Positions 1-11,996 of a DNA stretch of 64,000 bases are shown here, one piece after another. Made by a program: the position numbers and the translations under genes. Origin of the DNA: Takakia lepidozioides. Taxonomy: Eukaryota > Plantae > Bryophyta. The notes below the pieces were generated by a model. The model did not search any database and was not told the origin of the DNA. It saw nothing but the letters and a program-made list of their open reading frames with translations. Where the stretch lies: NCBI GenBank assembly GCA_030704615.1, contig CM060731.1, positions 18,228,001-18,292,000 on the forward strand. The letters are read 5' to 3'. Position 1 is the stretch's first letter. Each line of letters starts with the position of its first letter.

Positions 1-229
1 TGTGCAGTAAAACAAATACTTTCATGATTAAGAAAAACCTAATTCTGATGAGCAATTTTCTATAACTTCATCAAAAAACTTGTATTGATTTACTTTTGCT
101 TTTGCAGGAGGAGGATAAGCCTTGGCCAACTAATTATAGTTAGTCTCCCTCGGTTAAGAACATTTTAGAAAAATTAATTAGTGCTGATTAAGATCTGGTG
201 ACCCACCCATAGTTTCTTTTTCTTCTTAA

Positions 230-669
230 CCCTTAAGTTCCCAAGCCCGTTTTGGACTTTTTACCAATTTTGGGTACCCAGCTGCAGTAAATTACCCCTA
301 GATTCGTACCAAAAATCATCCAGAGATTCCAGCCTTATAGCAGTGGGCCCAGCTCATTTATGCATGACATACCAAAAAATGAGCCAAGTCCACAGTGGAA
401 ATTGTGAGATTATAACGGTGGCCCAGACCTCAAATATCAGGTCCCAAAGAAAAAGTGAGAAAGAAATTGGTTTGACCAAATCAAAACCAAATCAAATCAA
501 TTCAAACCAAATCAATTAGCTTTTGTTTTTTCTCAATTTTGTTATTACTCCAGACAAATCCATTGTCATTAAAGCTTCAGGAGTGGGCCCCATCAGATTA
601 GATCTGCAAAAATTTGGTCGAACTGCAAATTCAAAGTGACCTGATTCAGGTCGCTTGGGAACTTAAGGG
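230..669. mobile_element. Non-autonomous piggyBac-like MITE (440 bp)
   Basis: Perfect 17-bp TIRs CCCTTAAGTTCCCAAGC (230-246) and GCTTGGGAACTTAAGGG (653-669), each flanked by TTAA (226-229, 670-673). A TTAA TSD with CCC..GGG termini is the piggyBac signature. No ORF. Confidence 0.75.
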
Positions 670-1343
670 TTAAAACTGCTTGACTTAAATTTGATGGTGT
701 GAGTGGTGTCCCCTTGGGTGCAGATATCTTGTCATGATTTTAATCATGGTTAGCTAGAAATAGTTATTGTTAGTTAATAATTAGTTAGGACAATATATAT
801 CATAAATGTATTTGTTGATGTTGGGACTTCATTGGTTCCATATATTAAATGAGATGACGAACCTCACTTGAGATGTGGAGTGGGTTTTTCCCATGTGTGA
901 GTTGGGAAGACTCCCACGTCCAACAAACGCCTCTAAAAGAGTTTCAATTGCATTATTCTTCTTTCATTTCACTTCCATTTTTGTTAGGGCATAACTTTCT
1001 AGGGGAAAAAAAACAAAATAAAAAAAAATTCTAGGATGGTACATGTGCTAGGAAATATGGCTAGATAGCGATGTATGTTGTGCCACAATGCTTAGGTGCA
1101 TGAGATTCTTAATGGTTACTAAAGAAAAAACCCAAACGGAGAGTGAGGATTTGAATCTAAGAAGATGACATAAATGTATAATGTGTTGTTATCTGTAATT
1201 AATCGAGAAGGCAACTCAGTAGCCTCCCCTCTGCTTCCAATAGCAACTTGCTCATGAGGCCAGACTTATTAAGATTAGCCTGGACTTGAGTTGCCTTTCT
1301 CATCAATGGAAGGGAGATTTATACAATTCTACCTTACCTAACA

Positions 1344-1410
1344 TGGAAGCAAGATTTGAACCCAAAGTCACCTGGGTGGCACTCACTGCTCTATCCAAGT
1401 ACGCTACCCA
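1344..1410 (-). mobile_element. tRNA-derived SINE head
   Basis: Reverse complement TGGGTAGCGTACTTGGATAGAGCAGTGAGTGCCACCCAGGTGACTTTGGGTTCAAATCTTGCTTCCA has A-box-like and B-box-like (GGTTCAAATC) motifs. It shares TGAGTGCCACC and TCAAATCTTGCT with the SINE at 40005. Confidence 0.55.
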
Positions 1411-1520
1411 CTAATTTAACTACATTTGTAACTAATAATCCTTATTAAGACGGTTATTAGTCAAGCCTGGAACCATCATTGATGTAGGCTAGTGTTAAAC
1501 TGCTATAAGTTGTGTTACCA

Positions 1521-1580
1521 TCAGTAGCTCAGTTGGTTAAGGGGTGAGCCAGGTGTTTCCCTTTTTTTTCTTTTCTTTTT
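1521..1580 (+). mobile_element. Internally deleted SINE remnant
   Basis: TCAGTAGCTCAGTTGGT is joined almost directly to TAAGGGG..GTGAGC..CCAGGTGTTTCC. These match the 5' and 3' portions of the SINE at 40005-40206. Confidence 0.45.
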
Positions 1581-1853
1581 AAAAGTTGTGTTTCGAAATT
1601 TTGTTTTTCCTTTTTTTAGTGAAAGGAGGAAGACCTTCCAATTGAACTGAAGAAAACCAAGAAATCTGTGCTCCACAGCATTGGGCTCAAGAAAGTAAAA
1701 GGCTCATTAGTGAATGAGGTTCTGAAATTAAGGCGAGATCCTCAAATTAGGGCGGGAAGTCAGACAAGGTAGAAGTGGGTCCGTGCGAGACAGAGAGAGA
1801 GAGAGAAACAGACGGGGAAGAGGGAGAGGACGAGGGAGAGGGTGGAGGGGGCC

Positions 1854-3074
1854 ATGGTCGCTGATCGATCCGAGAGCAAGGCCGTCGATCATCTTGTGGG
1901 GGCTGGGAGAATGGGAGGGCGCAACACGGATGGGCGAGCAGCAGGGGGAGCAGGCGATGGCGTTCGAGCACAGAGCAGTACAGCGGAGCAGCAGATAAGG
2001 AAGCTGGAGCTGGAAGCGTACACGGCTGTGCTGCGAGCTTTCGTATCGCAATCGGAGGTTATCACGTGGGCCAAGCAGCAGCTGATGGCGGACTTGAGGA
2101 AAGAGCTGAGGGTGACGGATGAGCAGCACCGGGTGCTGTTGGGGGAAGTTGATGATGCGGTGGGGGAGATTCGGCCTACCAGGGATTCTGCATCACCAGA
2201 TGGGGTGACTCAATCCCGCAAGAAGCAAAAGATTGAGCATGTGGCTGTGGCCGCAAGCAGTCTAGCGCAAGGGCTTCAGCTTCATGAGACGGGAGCATCT
2301 GCACAGGTCGCAACCCTAAACCCAGCTTCCTCAAAGAGGGGTGGTGCGGTCGGTTCACGAGGCAAGAAGAACGGTGTGGCAGCTGCCACACCGAAGGTTA
2401 TGTCTGGTTCTGGTCCTGTCCTTGGGAGGGGCGCGACCCCGAGGGCTGGCAAGGAGGCCGGCTCGTCGTTCGATGTGCCAGTGGATAACTGGTTAGGGCG
2501 GAGGGTGAAGACGAGATGGCCAGACGATAAATGTTTCTATGAGGCCGTGATAACTCGGTATGATCGCGACAGGGGATTGCATGCCCTCGTCTACGACATG
2601 GACACCCCGGACGAGACGTGGGAGTGGGTGAATTTGAAGGAGATGCCAAAGCACGACCTGATTTGGGTGGAGGCCCCAAGAGTTCCATTAGCTGGAAAGC
2701 GCGTGCCCCCGGAAGAAGGAGCTGGGATTGGCAGAGACAGTTTGGAGCAGGGTGCAAAGTGGCAGGAGACTGCGGGGGTTGTATTATCAGCACTCCTAGG
2801 GAAGCCCAAAACTGGTCAAAGAGGTCAGCAAGCAATTTCTAGCCCTCCCCCGCAGCCTCGACCCTGGCGCGGGGTTCCTTACTTGGAGCGGAAGGGGTCT
2901 TGCAGCGTGGAGATTCCTGATTTCGTGCCATTATTGAAGGAGGCAGATGCGTTAGAACAGGAAGAAAGCCTGGAGAAGCTCGATCGTATTCAAAGGATGG
3001 CACAAGAGCAGGAGGCAAAGCTTCGCCGTGCGCTGTCGGAAGTTGGCGAGTCTGAGGATGAAAGTGACAGTTAG
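1854..3074 (+). CDS. EMSY-like protein (ENT domain + Agenet/Tudor domain), intronless
   Basis: ENT: IRKLELEAYTAVLRAF..ITWAKQQLMADLRKELRVTDEQHR. Agenet/Tudor: LGRRVKTRWPDDKCFYEAVITRYD..HALVYD..ETWEWVNL. C-terminal coiled coil ends in ESEDESDS. First ATG at 1854 (ORF track starts at GTG 1842). Confidence 0.92.
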   Translation: MVADRSESKAVDHLVGAGRMGGRNTDGRAAGGAGDGVRAQSSTAEQQIRKLELEAYTAVLRAFVSQSEVITWAKQQLMADLRKELRVTDEQHRVLLGEVDDAVGEIRPTRDSASPDGVTQSRKKQKIEHVAVAASSLAQGLQLHETGASAQVATLNPASSKRGGAVGSRGKKNGVAAATPKVMSGSGPVLGRGATPRAGKEAGSSFDVPVDNWLGRRVKTRWPDDKCFYEAVITRYDRDRGLHALVYDMDTPDETWEWVNLKEMPKHDLIWVEAPRVPLAGKRVPPEEGAGIGRDSLEQGAKWQETAGVVLSALLGKPKTGQRGQQAISSPPPQPRPWRGVPYLERKGSCSVEIPDFVPLLKEADALEQEESLEKLDRIQRMAQEQEAKLRRALSEVGESEDESDS

Positions 3075-3605
3075 ATAGTTGAACTGGAGGGCCTCAGGGC
3101 TTCTTCGCCTGTGATTGTATGGATCCCTGTAAGGAAGGTGGAAGGAGTTGGCTGGGCCGGAATTCCTGGGCCAGCAAGTGCAAGGTTCATTGAAGGTAGT
3201 TGGAAAGTTAATTTATGTTGGATATTTGGTCTTGCAAAACATTTTCAAGCTTTATTGTCTGTCCATACATTGGATATCTGTATAATAATTTGACACTCAA
3301 GGACATGAACATGTTATAAATTCGTCATCTTTTTCTTGCACTGGAACTGTTTTGACTCTCCATGGCTGATTCATCCCTATGCATGTTGGATTTGGTAGAA
3401 ACTTGTTATGTAGAACTTTCTGGGTGGACAAGCTTGATATTACTTGAAAGTGTGTGCAGTATAGATGGCGGCTGGAATTGTAATAGATAGGAGCTAGAAA
3501 GGAAACTCTTCTGTCCATGATGAACAACTCTACTATTTTCTCTCATGGTCTACCCGGTTGTCTAGCACGACTGGATACCAACTGTTTGGTGATTTTACTT
3601 CGAAA

Positions 3606-4160
3606 GAGAGTGTACTCATAAGAAGCCAGTTGCTGTAGCCTTGTGGCCATAGACCCTGTGCCAAATTTGGATGGAACTAAAGGGAACAGAAACTACCTTG
3701 GCGAGGGCTCACTTCGGTTGTGTTCATGGTATAGGTCTACCATTAGTTCAGGCTTTCCAGATATCCTCCAGAAAGCCCTTCACACAAACATCAGCCTGAT
3801 GTGTGTGGTCTGCCCAGCAATTAGACCCCAATGAGACGGGACCATGGCTTTAAGTTATGTTGTTGAACAGAGGTGCAGGGACAATGTTCTTGATGTTCCT
3901 GCAGAGAGTCACTCTGATGAGAATATCCCCGACAATGCATCAGAAAATGGATTTTGTCTTCATGCTGCCTGTACATTGGGCTATTACAATCTCCTTCTCC
4001 TGACTGCATCTATTTATTGTTCAAAAGTAAGCTTGCCACCCTGAGTTTAAATTTCAGTCAGTGCCATGGATAGGCCCTTCAGATCATCCTTAAGGTCCTT
4101 GCCCATGTCACAGGCTGGAAACAAGTTCAGGGAAGTTTTATGCCTAACTTCGTTTTTACT
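3606..4160 (-). mobile_element. 5'-truncated, older copy of RTE/RTEX-like LINE (3' end)
   Basis: Diverged homologue of 4170-4750 (NEVRHKTSLNLFPACDMGKDLKDDLKGL; CNSPMYRQHEDKIHFLMHC). Ends in the same 3' motif followed by a (TC)n tail. Confidence 0.8.
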
Positions 4161-4168
4161 TTGAAAAA

Positions 4169-5412
4169 GAGAGAGATTGTACTCATAAGACGTTGTTTGC
4201 CGTAGCCTTGTGGCCATTGACCCCGCGCCCAGTTTGAGCGGGAACAAAAGGGACAGAACCTACCTCTGTCAGGGGCTGACGTTGGTAGTAAGACTTACCT
4301 TCATATATAGAATTAATCCGGGTTTTCCAGATATCCTCTAGAAATCCCTTCACACAAGCATCAATCTGCTGTGTGTGATTTGCCCAAAAACTAGGCCTCA
4401 GGAGGGCCTGGGCTTTTGGCTCAGCCTCGAGACTTTCAAAGTTGGTAAACAGGGGTACAGGCACAATTCCCTTGATAGATTTGAAGAGAGCGTCTCTTTG
4501 GTGAGAGAACCCCGGACAGTGTATCAGAAAATGAATACTGTCCTCAGATTGCCCACACAACGGGCAATTGCACTCTCCCTTTCCTCTCTGCTTCTGTTTG
4601 CTGTTCAAAGGTAGGCTTCCTGCCCTGAGTTTAAATTTCAGTCTAGTGCCGAGAGTGGGTAGACCCTTGAGGTCATCCAAGATGTCCTCCCCCATGTCAC
4701 AGACTGGAAACAAGTTCAGGGAAGTTTTCTGCCTAACTTCATTTTCATCAGACAATCTCATGGCAACAGACATGGCTGAGGACACTACAGCCTCTAAGTC
4801 AGATTTATCCAGCAGGGTCAAGACTTGCGGATCCAGGTCCAGGTCCTTGAGGATCTCTTCTACTCTCTTCTGCCAGGACTTAGCCTGTTTGACAGGGCGG
4901 TCCTGTTTCCAAGATATAGAGTCGATTAACTTAGGATATCTGGTGTTGGGCATATGTTGCAGCTGACCCCACCATCTGACCTTGAATTCATCTCGTCGGG
5001 AGCTTAAGGACAGAATGCCAACTCCCCCGAACAGCCACATTGGCTGTTTTGGAGCATGCTGACATACACTCCTTAAGCACCCCCACTTGAATGGATTCTA
5101 GAGACTTAGCCTGGTTGGAGTTATCACCCCCATAGCAGATCCGTACTCCAAGGCAGGTCTAATAACGCGACAAAGCATGGTTTTCTTAACCTCAGAGGTG
5201 ACCCCTCTGCAGTGGAAAAATTTAGTGAGCCCCAGAGCTTTGCCCTTGCCAGTTTGAACAACTTTCCGGATATGTGCATCCCAATTACAATTGGAGGAGA
5301 ACTCAACGCCCAGGTAAGTGTAGGAAGGGAGGACCGGGATCTCTTGGCTACCCCACTGCCACTTAAGATCACTTCCTCCCTCTCCTCTGTCGTTGAATGC
5401 TACCACTGCACA
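4169..5412 (-). mobile_element. 5'-truncated RTE/RTEX-like LINE (RT C-terminus + CCHC finger)
   Basis: YTYLGVEF (RT thumb region), CRVIRPALEYGS, KLRAGSLPL, CPLCGQSEDSIHFLIHC. Frameshifted. (GA)n on both flanks (4169-4177, 5413-5440). Closely similar to 27723-28945 in the opposite orientation. Confidence 0.9.
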
Positions 5413-8400
5413 AGAAAAAGAGAAAGAGAGAGAGAGAGAGTTTATTGTTGCCTTTTGGTTTTTAAAGAAAGGGGAGAGGAAGAGAGAGAGACGGTCGTCA
5501 GCATTTCCAGAATACTGATAACTATTCCTAGTCCCCATGGATCTTGGGAGTTGCTCTCAGATCTCTTGTGCGTCTCATTGGGATGAGGCCCCTTCAACAG
5601 TTCACATGTACAGATTTTCTACAATATTGTAATCACACAAGCTTGATTGGATACAATCTCTGAACGACTTTTTGATTATGTGGCAAGGAGTGACACCTGG
5701 GAATCCCATAGACATGCTTGGGCTGTGAGGTGGTAGTGCAGGGGTGATTTTGTGAAGTTTGAGTATTCTGGAAGTCGTTTGGAGATGTCCGCCACCAATC
5801 ACAATGGCGAGTGCTGAAATGTGTACTTGGTACTCTCTTGTCATAGTCCATTTGATTTTGTGTTGTTTCTGCCACTAAATTTGTTGGTTTTTGTTCCTCA
5901 CACTCTCTTTGTTCCCCCCCATGGCGGTCCCCTCTCCGTTGATCCCCCACACCACCTGGACTGATCCCCCATCCTTCCGCTTCTCCCCCCCCCCCCCCGG
6001 GAGCGATCCCCCTTCCACGTGTCAAATGTCAGGGCTGTTTGCACGTGGCTATCATTCTGTTCATCTATGTCGTCCTCCCCTCCCCATCCATGGCCATGCA
6101 CGTCCCCGCCATTTTGGTCTGTCACATGACGGTGTGGATGTATTAAAATTTAGGGTTTCCGGCTGCTCGCAAATTTGATCCTCTTTGCGCGCGTGTATGC
6201 TGCACTTGCGCGTGTAGTTTGCTGTTGTGTACTGTTTCCGCAGGACGCGTGTGGTCTGCGGATGTGTACTGTTCCTGCAGGGGTGCCGGGCATCATGACT
6301 GGATCTTCGGAGTTGCGCACATCATTCCTTCTATCACAGCTGCGTGCCCCCGGATGGTTCCTTCAACCAAAGTCGCTTATATGGACTCCAACTATTTCAA
6401 GTGGAGGTGGACATCGTGTATATACGAATGTTGCGGTCATTCTTTGGAGCAGGATCGACGATTTTGTGAGAAGGGAGGAAGAAAGGGCAGAACCAGTTTG
6501 GGAGCTAGGCGCGCATATCAAAGCGAGTAACTATGACTTGAAGGGAAATTTACTAAAGTGAGGTGCGCGACAGTCTGCTAGGGTCTCCTAAGGTCTGTCG
6601 GGTCTGGTCTGCTCTGCAACGGCAACCGCGTTAAAGACCCAATTATTCAAAAATGAGAGGCTATATACACTCGATCGGTAGTTCCTGGGTCCACATATAT
6701 AGGCCATTAAAAGATGTACACTTTTCTATGAAGAAAGATCAGATCTCCCAAGAAATCAGCCTAGAATACCAAGGAGTCAATAGCACTACAAACCCCAAAA
6801 GAAAAAAAAACCAAATGCTAAAAGAGTTCTCCAACTCGGGTTTGGCAAACTATACCCTAAACCTCCAGCTTTTAGCCTATGCCAAATTGACTGACCACTG
6901 GCCCTAAACTTTTCGATCAGGGCTTCGAACAGTTGAATGATATGCCTATTAGTGCTTTTGGAGCACTCATTGTAAGACAGATGAGGGCGAGGATGATGGG
7001 CCTCAGAGTGCAAGGTTTTTCTTCTAAGATTGTCTCTAGATTCTCACATTATTTGTCCCTCAGTCCTCTCTGTCTCATCGTTCCATTGCGCGCGGTCCTG
7101 GATCTGGGGTTTCCCCGCTCATACTGATTCAGTTGTATGGAGCAACGAGCTTTGAGCTGCATAGCATCCGACACAACACCACGTGGTTCTGGTCTGGCAT
7201 CCAGTGAGCACTTGGTAAGCACTTGGTACCTTCTCTAGCACCTGAATTCCTCTATCCTGGAGCATTTCAAGAATCTATGTTCTGTCTCCGTGAGTACTTG
7301 ATATGCCAACAAGGATAATGGGTGAGTTGATGGGGAACTAGTGTAGTAACTGACTGTGCTTGCCAGATTCGATGTGCTTGGTCAATACTAAGCGGGTTTG
7401 GATGGTCAATAAACGTCTCTTGTTCGTGTGCTCTCGATGAGAATCCCTTTGGAAGTTTGTCCTCCCGCCATCACTTCATATCTTTAGGATATCATCTGGA
7501 CTCAGGCGTTGCAACGAAATTGGTTTATGATAGACAACATTTCGTTTGGACGACCTAGTGTTTAGGGTTTCAGATAGTCGATGCCATTTTACTGCAATTT
7601 TCGTCATAAATTTGAAGCTATGCAGGTTCGATCATGCCTACATAGGCGGGAAGTCTCCCTCGGGTTGGCTTTGAGCTTACCCCTAGAACTGTATTCACAT
7701 ATTCAGTTAACTAGTGTTGATTACCGGAGGTTTAGAATATGGAGAGTCAAGCCTTTGGCTGTTTAGTGGTAGGCATGCTCTTGAAGGTGCTGAAGATGCT
7801 GCTTTCACTCGTTGTTGTGAAGCCTGAGCCATGGCTGCAACTGAAGGATGACTGATCAAACAGCTTGTCTTGTTCATATGACCAAAGGAAGACGAAGCTT
7901 AAAACTGGGGAACATAGAGAGAGTGTACTCACAATTTTCCAAGTGTTTCCCTCACATTACTCCCCAAGGACCTTTGTAATTTACCTGTCTTAGATTGTGA
8001 CTAATCCTCTAAATCTGATGTTTTGGGGCAGAAAACCAAGTGCAGATACTGGACTGGGTATTTTCGACGTGGCAAGACAATCTCTATGGGCAATTGTCTT
8101 ATGTTGAAGGATACCCAAACATAGGGCTGGAATATGGGAAAAATGGAGACCCTGGGATTGGCTGTAGTGGTCATGTCAACTCCATCAATAATCTCTTTGT
8201 CAATATCGGGTCACCGGCACATCAGGGTGCTCCTATTAGTGCTTCTTATGGTCAAGACCTCTGTACAAGAGTGGCAATCCAAGATGGAGCTGTTGAAATC
8301 TCCAGTGCTGGTCTTGCCACTAAAATTGCTGGTGTGATTCGAAATGAAAAACCACTAGAATTGTTGAGTGACATTATGACCATGAAAAGGGGTGCAAAAA

Positions 8401-10751
8401 AGTTGGTTCATGGCCAAACCTCACAGACTTGTCACTAAGCTCCCACAAAAATGGTTGGCATCTTTTGTCTCAACAACGAAGCTTGATGACAAACACACCT
8501 GCATCAAGCCTACCGGACAATTCTCAGGGCCTTGAACACAGGCCCCTTGCAAGATAAGAAAGAAAGGAATTGAAGGAGGGCACTCGGAAGTCATGGATGA
8601 CTTTCAACATGAGGAGATAGGTGGGTCCCACAGTGGACCGAGACACATCACCTGTTTGCTATGAGAGTTACGGGAGTCTCTTGAATCCGTAAGAGTTCTA
8701 TATGCACTTCAGAAAAGTCTTTGTTGTGATGGGAGCGCTCCAAGTACTGGCCGTTGTTTGGAGCAATTTCTTTCTGGCAAGCATCTAAACCCACGTGGCA
8801 GTTTGTCCCTTCCATCCTGCTGTCATTGCCCTTGCCTACCTCGTCAGAGATTGCTTGGAGCCCATGACATTTTTGCTAAACTTGAGGAAAGGGCCGATTG
8901 CGAATTGCCACCCTGTCTCTTATGGTCACCAAGGGGCTTTCATATTTCTTTCAGCGTGCAAACCTAGTTCTGAGAGTAGCAACCATAGGAATATTCTTGG
9001 TTTTTCTTATGAACATCTTGCCTCTTTTGATAGCTCTGCTTGGCTTGAATAGAGGGTAGTGTTGAACATTACAGACTGTTTATCCCAGTTTAGGAATTGC
9101 CAGCATGCCAGATATCATCTGTTGCTAGCACCTGTGCATTTTTGGCCTCTCATTAATAGAGAGAGGATGTACATCCTTCACTCTTCCATCAGCACTTACG
9201 ATCTGAGTAAGTCTAATAGCTTCAGGAATTTGGGGTTCCAATAGTTGACGAAGTCTTCCTTCTTCATGGAATGATGTTCAGAACTTCCTTTTCCGCTCAA
9301 GATGCCACTTGTGAGTGGGTCAAACAGGTCATGACTGATTGTTCTGAGCGGGCCGAGTACTTAGAGATTTCCAACTCTTCTATCTTGGAGTTTCCGCCTT
9401 GAAGCCTCTACTACTGGAGGTATTAGTTTGGCTTTACTTCTTGTTACTATCATTGTATTTACTTCTGGTACAACACATGGCCTAACCATGTGAGCTGCCA
9501 CCACTGGGCCCTCATTCACAGGAGGAGCTGGGTGAGTAAAAGCCGCGCGACACTCTTGTGTTTAGACAGGAACGATTGGGTTACTACTTGCCTGGCTTTC
9601 CTGTTACTGATTATCCAGTGCATACACTGCTTGCCAAGGAAAAGCTTATTCGCTCCATAGTTCGCGTGACTTTCTGGCTCAAAATGGACGAAGAACTGTG
9701 GCACTTTCTAGGTGAAGGTGTTTACATGCTTCACAAACACAGGTTCATAAGTGGCTATTGTATCAAGGAATGGGAGTCCATTAGCCATATTACTCTTAAG
9801 CGCCCAGCTGGAGGAGAAACTTCATTGCATAATGTCCTCCCACTACGGACACAGTGGTTTTTATCTTGTTTGAAACACAGTGACGCTGTAGGCTGTGTGA
9901 AATCGCCAACTATATCTTTTCCTCTCTGAAACATCCCATATTTTTTGTTGACTCTCTCAAAACACCATTCCTTTGAGGGATTGGTGCTAGCTGTTCCAGA
10001 GTGTTTGATAGTGAGAATTTTGGTGGTTGGGATGTGATGGTCAGTTCCAAGGGAGAGTAGTATCCCAAATGAGTTTGGCTGGGTTAGCAAAATAGACATA
10101 GGGATGTAGTTATGAATGACCGACTGAACTGCCAGTTCAGCATTGACTTCCAAAGTATGATATAAGTAAAGAATATATTCCTACACGATCTGCAGGTTCT
10201 TACAGCAAATAGTCTGGAAATCTGTATGGACATACACACCTGCAAACCAGCACACTCACACTCCATCAGGACCACACCAAGTACTCTGCCTGTTAAAAAA
10301 GAGGGTTTACTTCCACACGCTACTGCAATGTCATCAGTCAAGTGTCTTTTGGTCTCAAGGCACATAACTCATTCCTATCTTTGAAGTCAATGTTCAATGT
10401 ACTCCAGAACTATTCTCGTACTAAGCAGCTTGTTACACCACATCACAACATTTCCATCGTTGGCTACCAATCTGAGCACATTGAAGACACTGAAGGCTGG
10501 GGTGGTCTAGTTTCAAAGTCATGGAAGTTGATAAATCAAAAGATAGAAACCTTAAGACTCCGGTCCATAATGGACTACCTTGGTAGTCTTAAGTACTGGA
10601 AATTCTACTGCAGTACCAATTCAGGACAAAATTGGAATTCCTACCTAAACATCAGGACTTCTCTTCGATTTCCTGTGATGACAGCAGGCCAGAAATCAGT
10701 TCGGAATTAGAAGTCTGAAACTTCCTGGCAATCTTTCCAACCTCACAGTCC

Positions 10752-11996
10752 TCAACCTGCTCTTATTGAAGACTTGCCCACAAGATACACTTGGCTCTTG
10801 AGTATGATTTTGCTCACACGGAATCCAGGAACCACCATGAGGCCTACTGTTGGTACCGAGGATGCAACATCACCATCGTCCAGCACAGCAGATTCCATGT
10901 ATGTTGCGTCGAATGCTGCACCCGTACCCACTCTGAAAATGCTGGCTGTAGAGTTGAATGAAAAGGCTAGCTTGTGCACTAGCCAAACGGACAGTGCTAG
11001 ATGAAAGAAACTTGTGTAGATTTTTTTGCCCTTAGGATGCTTCCCAGTCTTGCGGATGTCCTCCGAGAGTTTTTCACAACCATAGAGACCTTTCTCGAAA
11101 CCACCAAGGACACGAAAAAACTTTCGAAAGCAGAACAGGTCAAATGGGCTCGCAGGCGCATTTCTATTCACATCTGACCCCAACTCTATCGAGCGCAATT
11201 CCTGAAATTGGCGAAAACATTCCATTGCGCGCTGCTCAGGATCGAAAATCTGTGACAGACCGTCGACGGTGAAAGATTCGTTTTCAAAATCTGCAAACAT
11301 CTCATGACAGATCCAAGATAAGATGGCATACTTACGTCGATGAGCTTCCCTTGGGAAAATTATCCGCGATTGTAAGCTGGAGACGAAGCAGTCTATATCA
11401 AGATTCGCCCGCTTCATTTGGGAGATGAAGACCTTCGTGAAACCGCTGGAAGAATCCTTCACTCCTCGGACAGCCGCCTCTAGGAGCGGAGGAGTGGCTG
11501 CAGAGTCTAGGTAGGAGCCACTTGTAACACACGCCTTAGCATTCTGCTGCTCTAATGCTTTGATCTGTCGCGTTAGATTCTCGTTCTGAAGATGAAGAGA
11601 GTCTGTGAGCTGCTTCGTATGTGCCAGCTTTCGCTACGCTAAATCCATCTCCGCACAGTGACTCTGTCTCTCGGAGCGCCAACCGCTGACTAGACGTTGG
11701 ATGTGCAGACTTTGGCCATGCAACTCGGATTCATACGCCATTATTACGTCAGACATTTCAGCAAGCTTTTCCTCCATATACCTCAATCTCTTTTCCATGT
11801 CGGCTGGATCCAGAGCTTGCTGCATATTCATGTCAGGACGTTGAGCGTCTGCTTGATCCACTGTGGACGCCATAACTTGATCTGCTCGGACATCTGCATT
11901 TGAACTCCCATGGGCACCTGGCAAAGCGTGTGCATGTCCTGACGCTCCCACATTTTCCTTTAGAAAATGGTTGAAAATGGAGGACATCATACCCAT
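10752..11996 (-). pseudogene. GIL1/IRK-interacting-like coiled-coil protein with one in-frame premature stop
   Basis: ORFs 11634-11996 and 10752-11462 share a frame, and 11463-11633 is open (RKLAHTKQLTDSL..ATPPLLEAAVRGV). The only lesion is TAG at 11634-11636. The C-terminus FFHLALSVWLVHKLAFSF..ASIFRV..FDATYMES..VGLMVVPGFRV..KSQVYL matches the GIL1/IRKI C-terminal motif. Confidence 0.75.

Noticed and set aside
7950-10600. Old degraded LINE (ORF1 plus endonuclease) on the - strand
   Set aside because: Only faint hints (SFLSYLARGL, TGDFNS) in broken frames; too weak to call.
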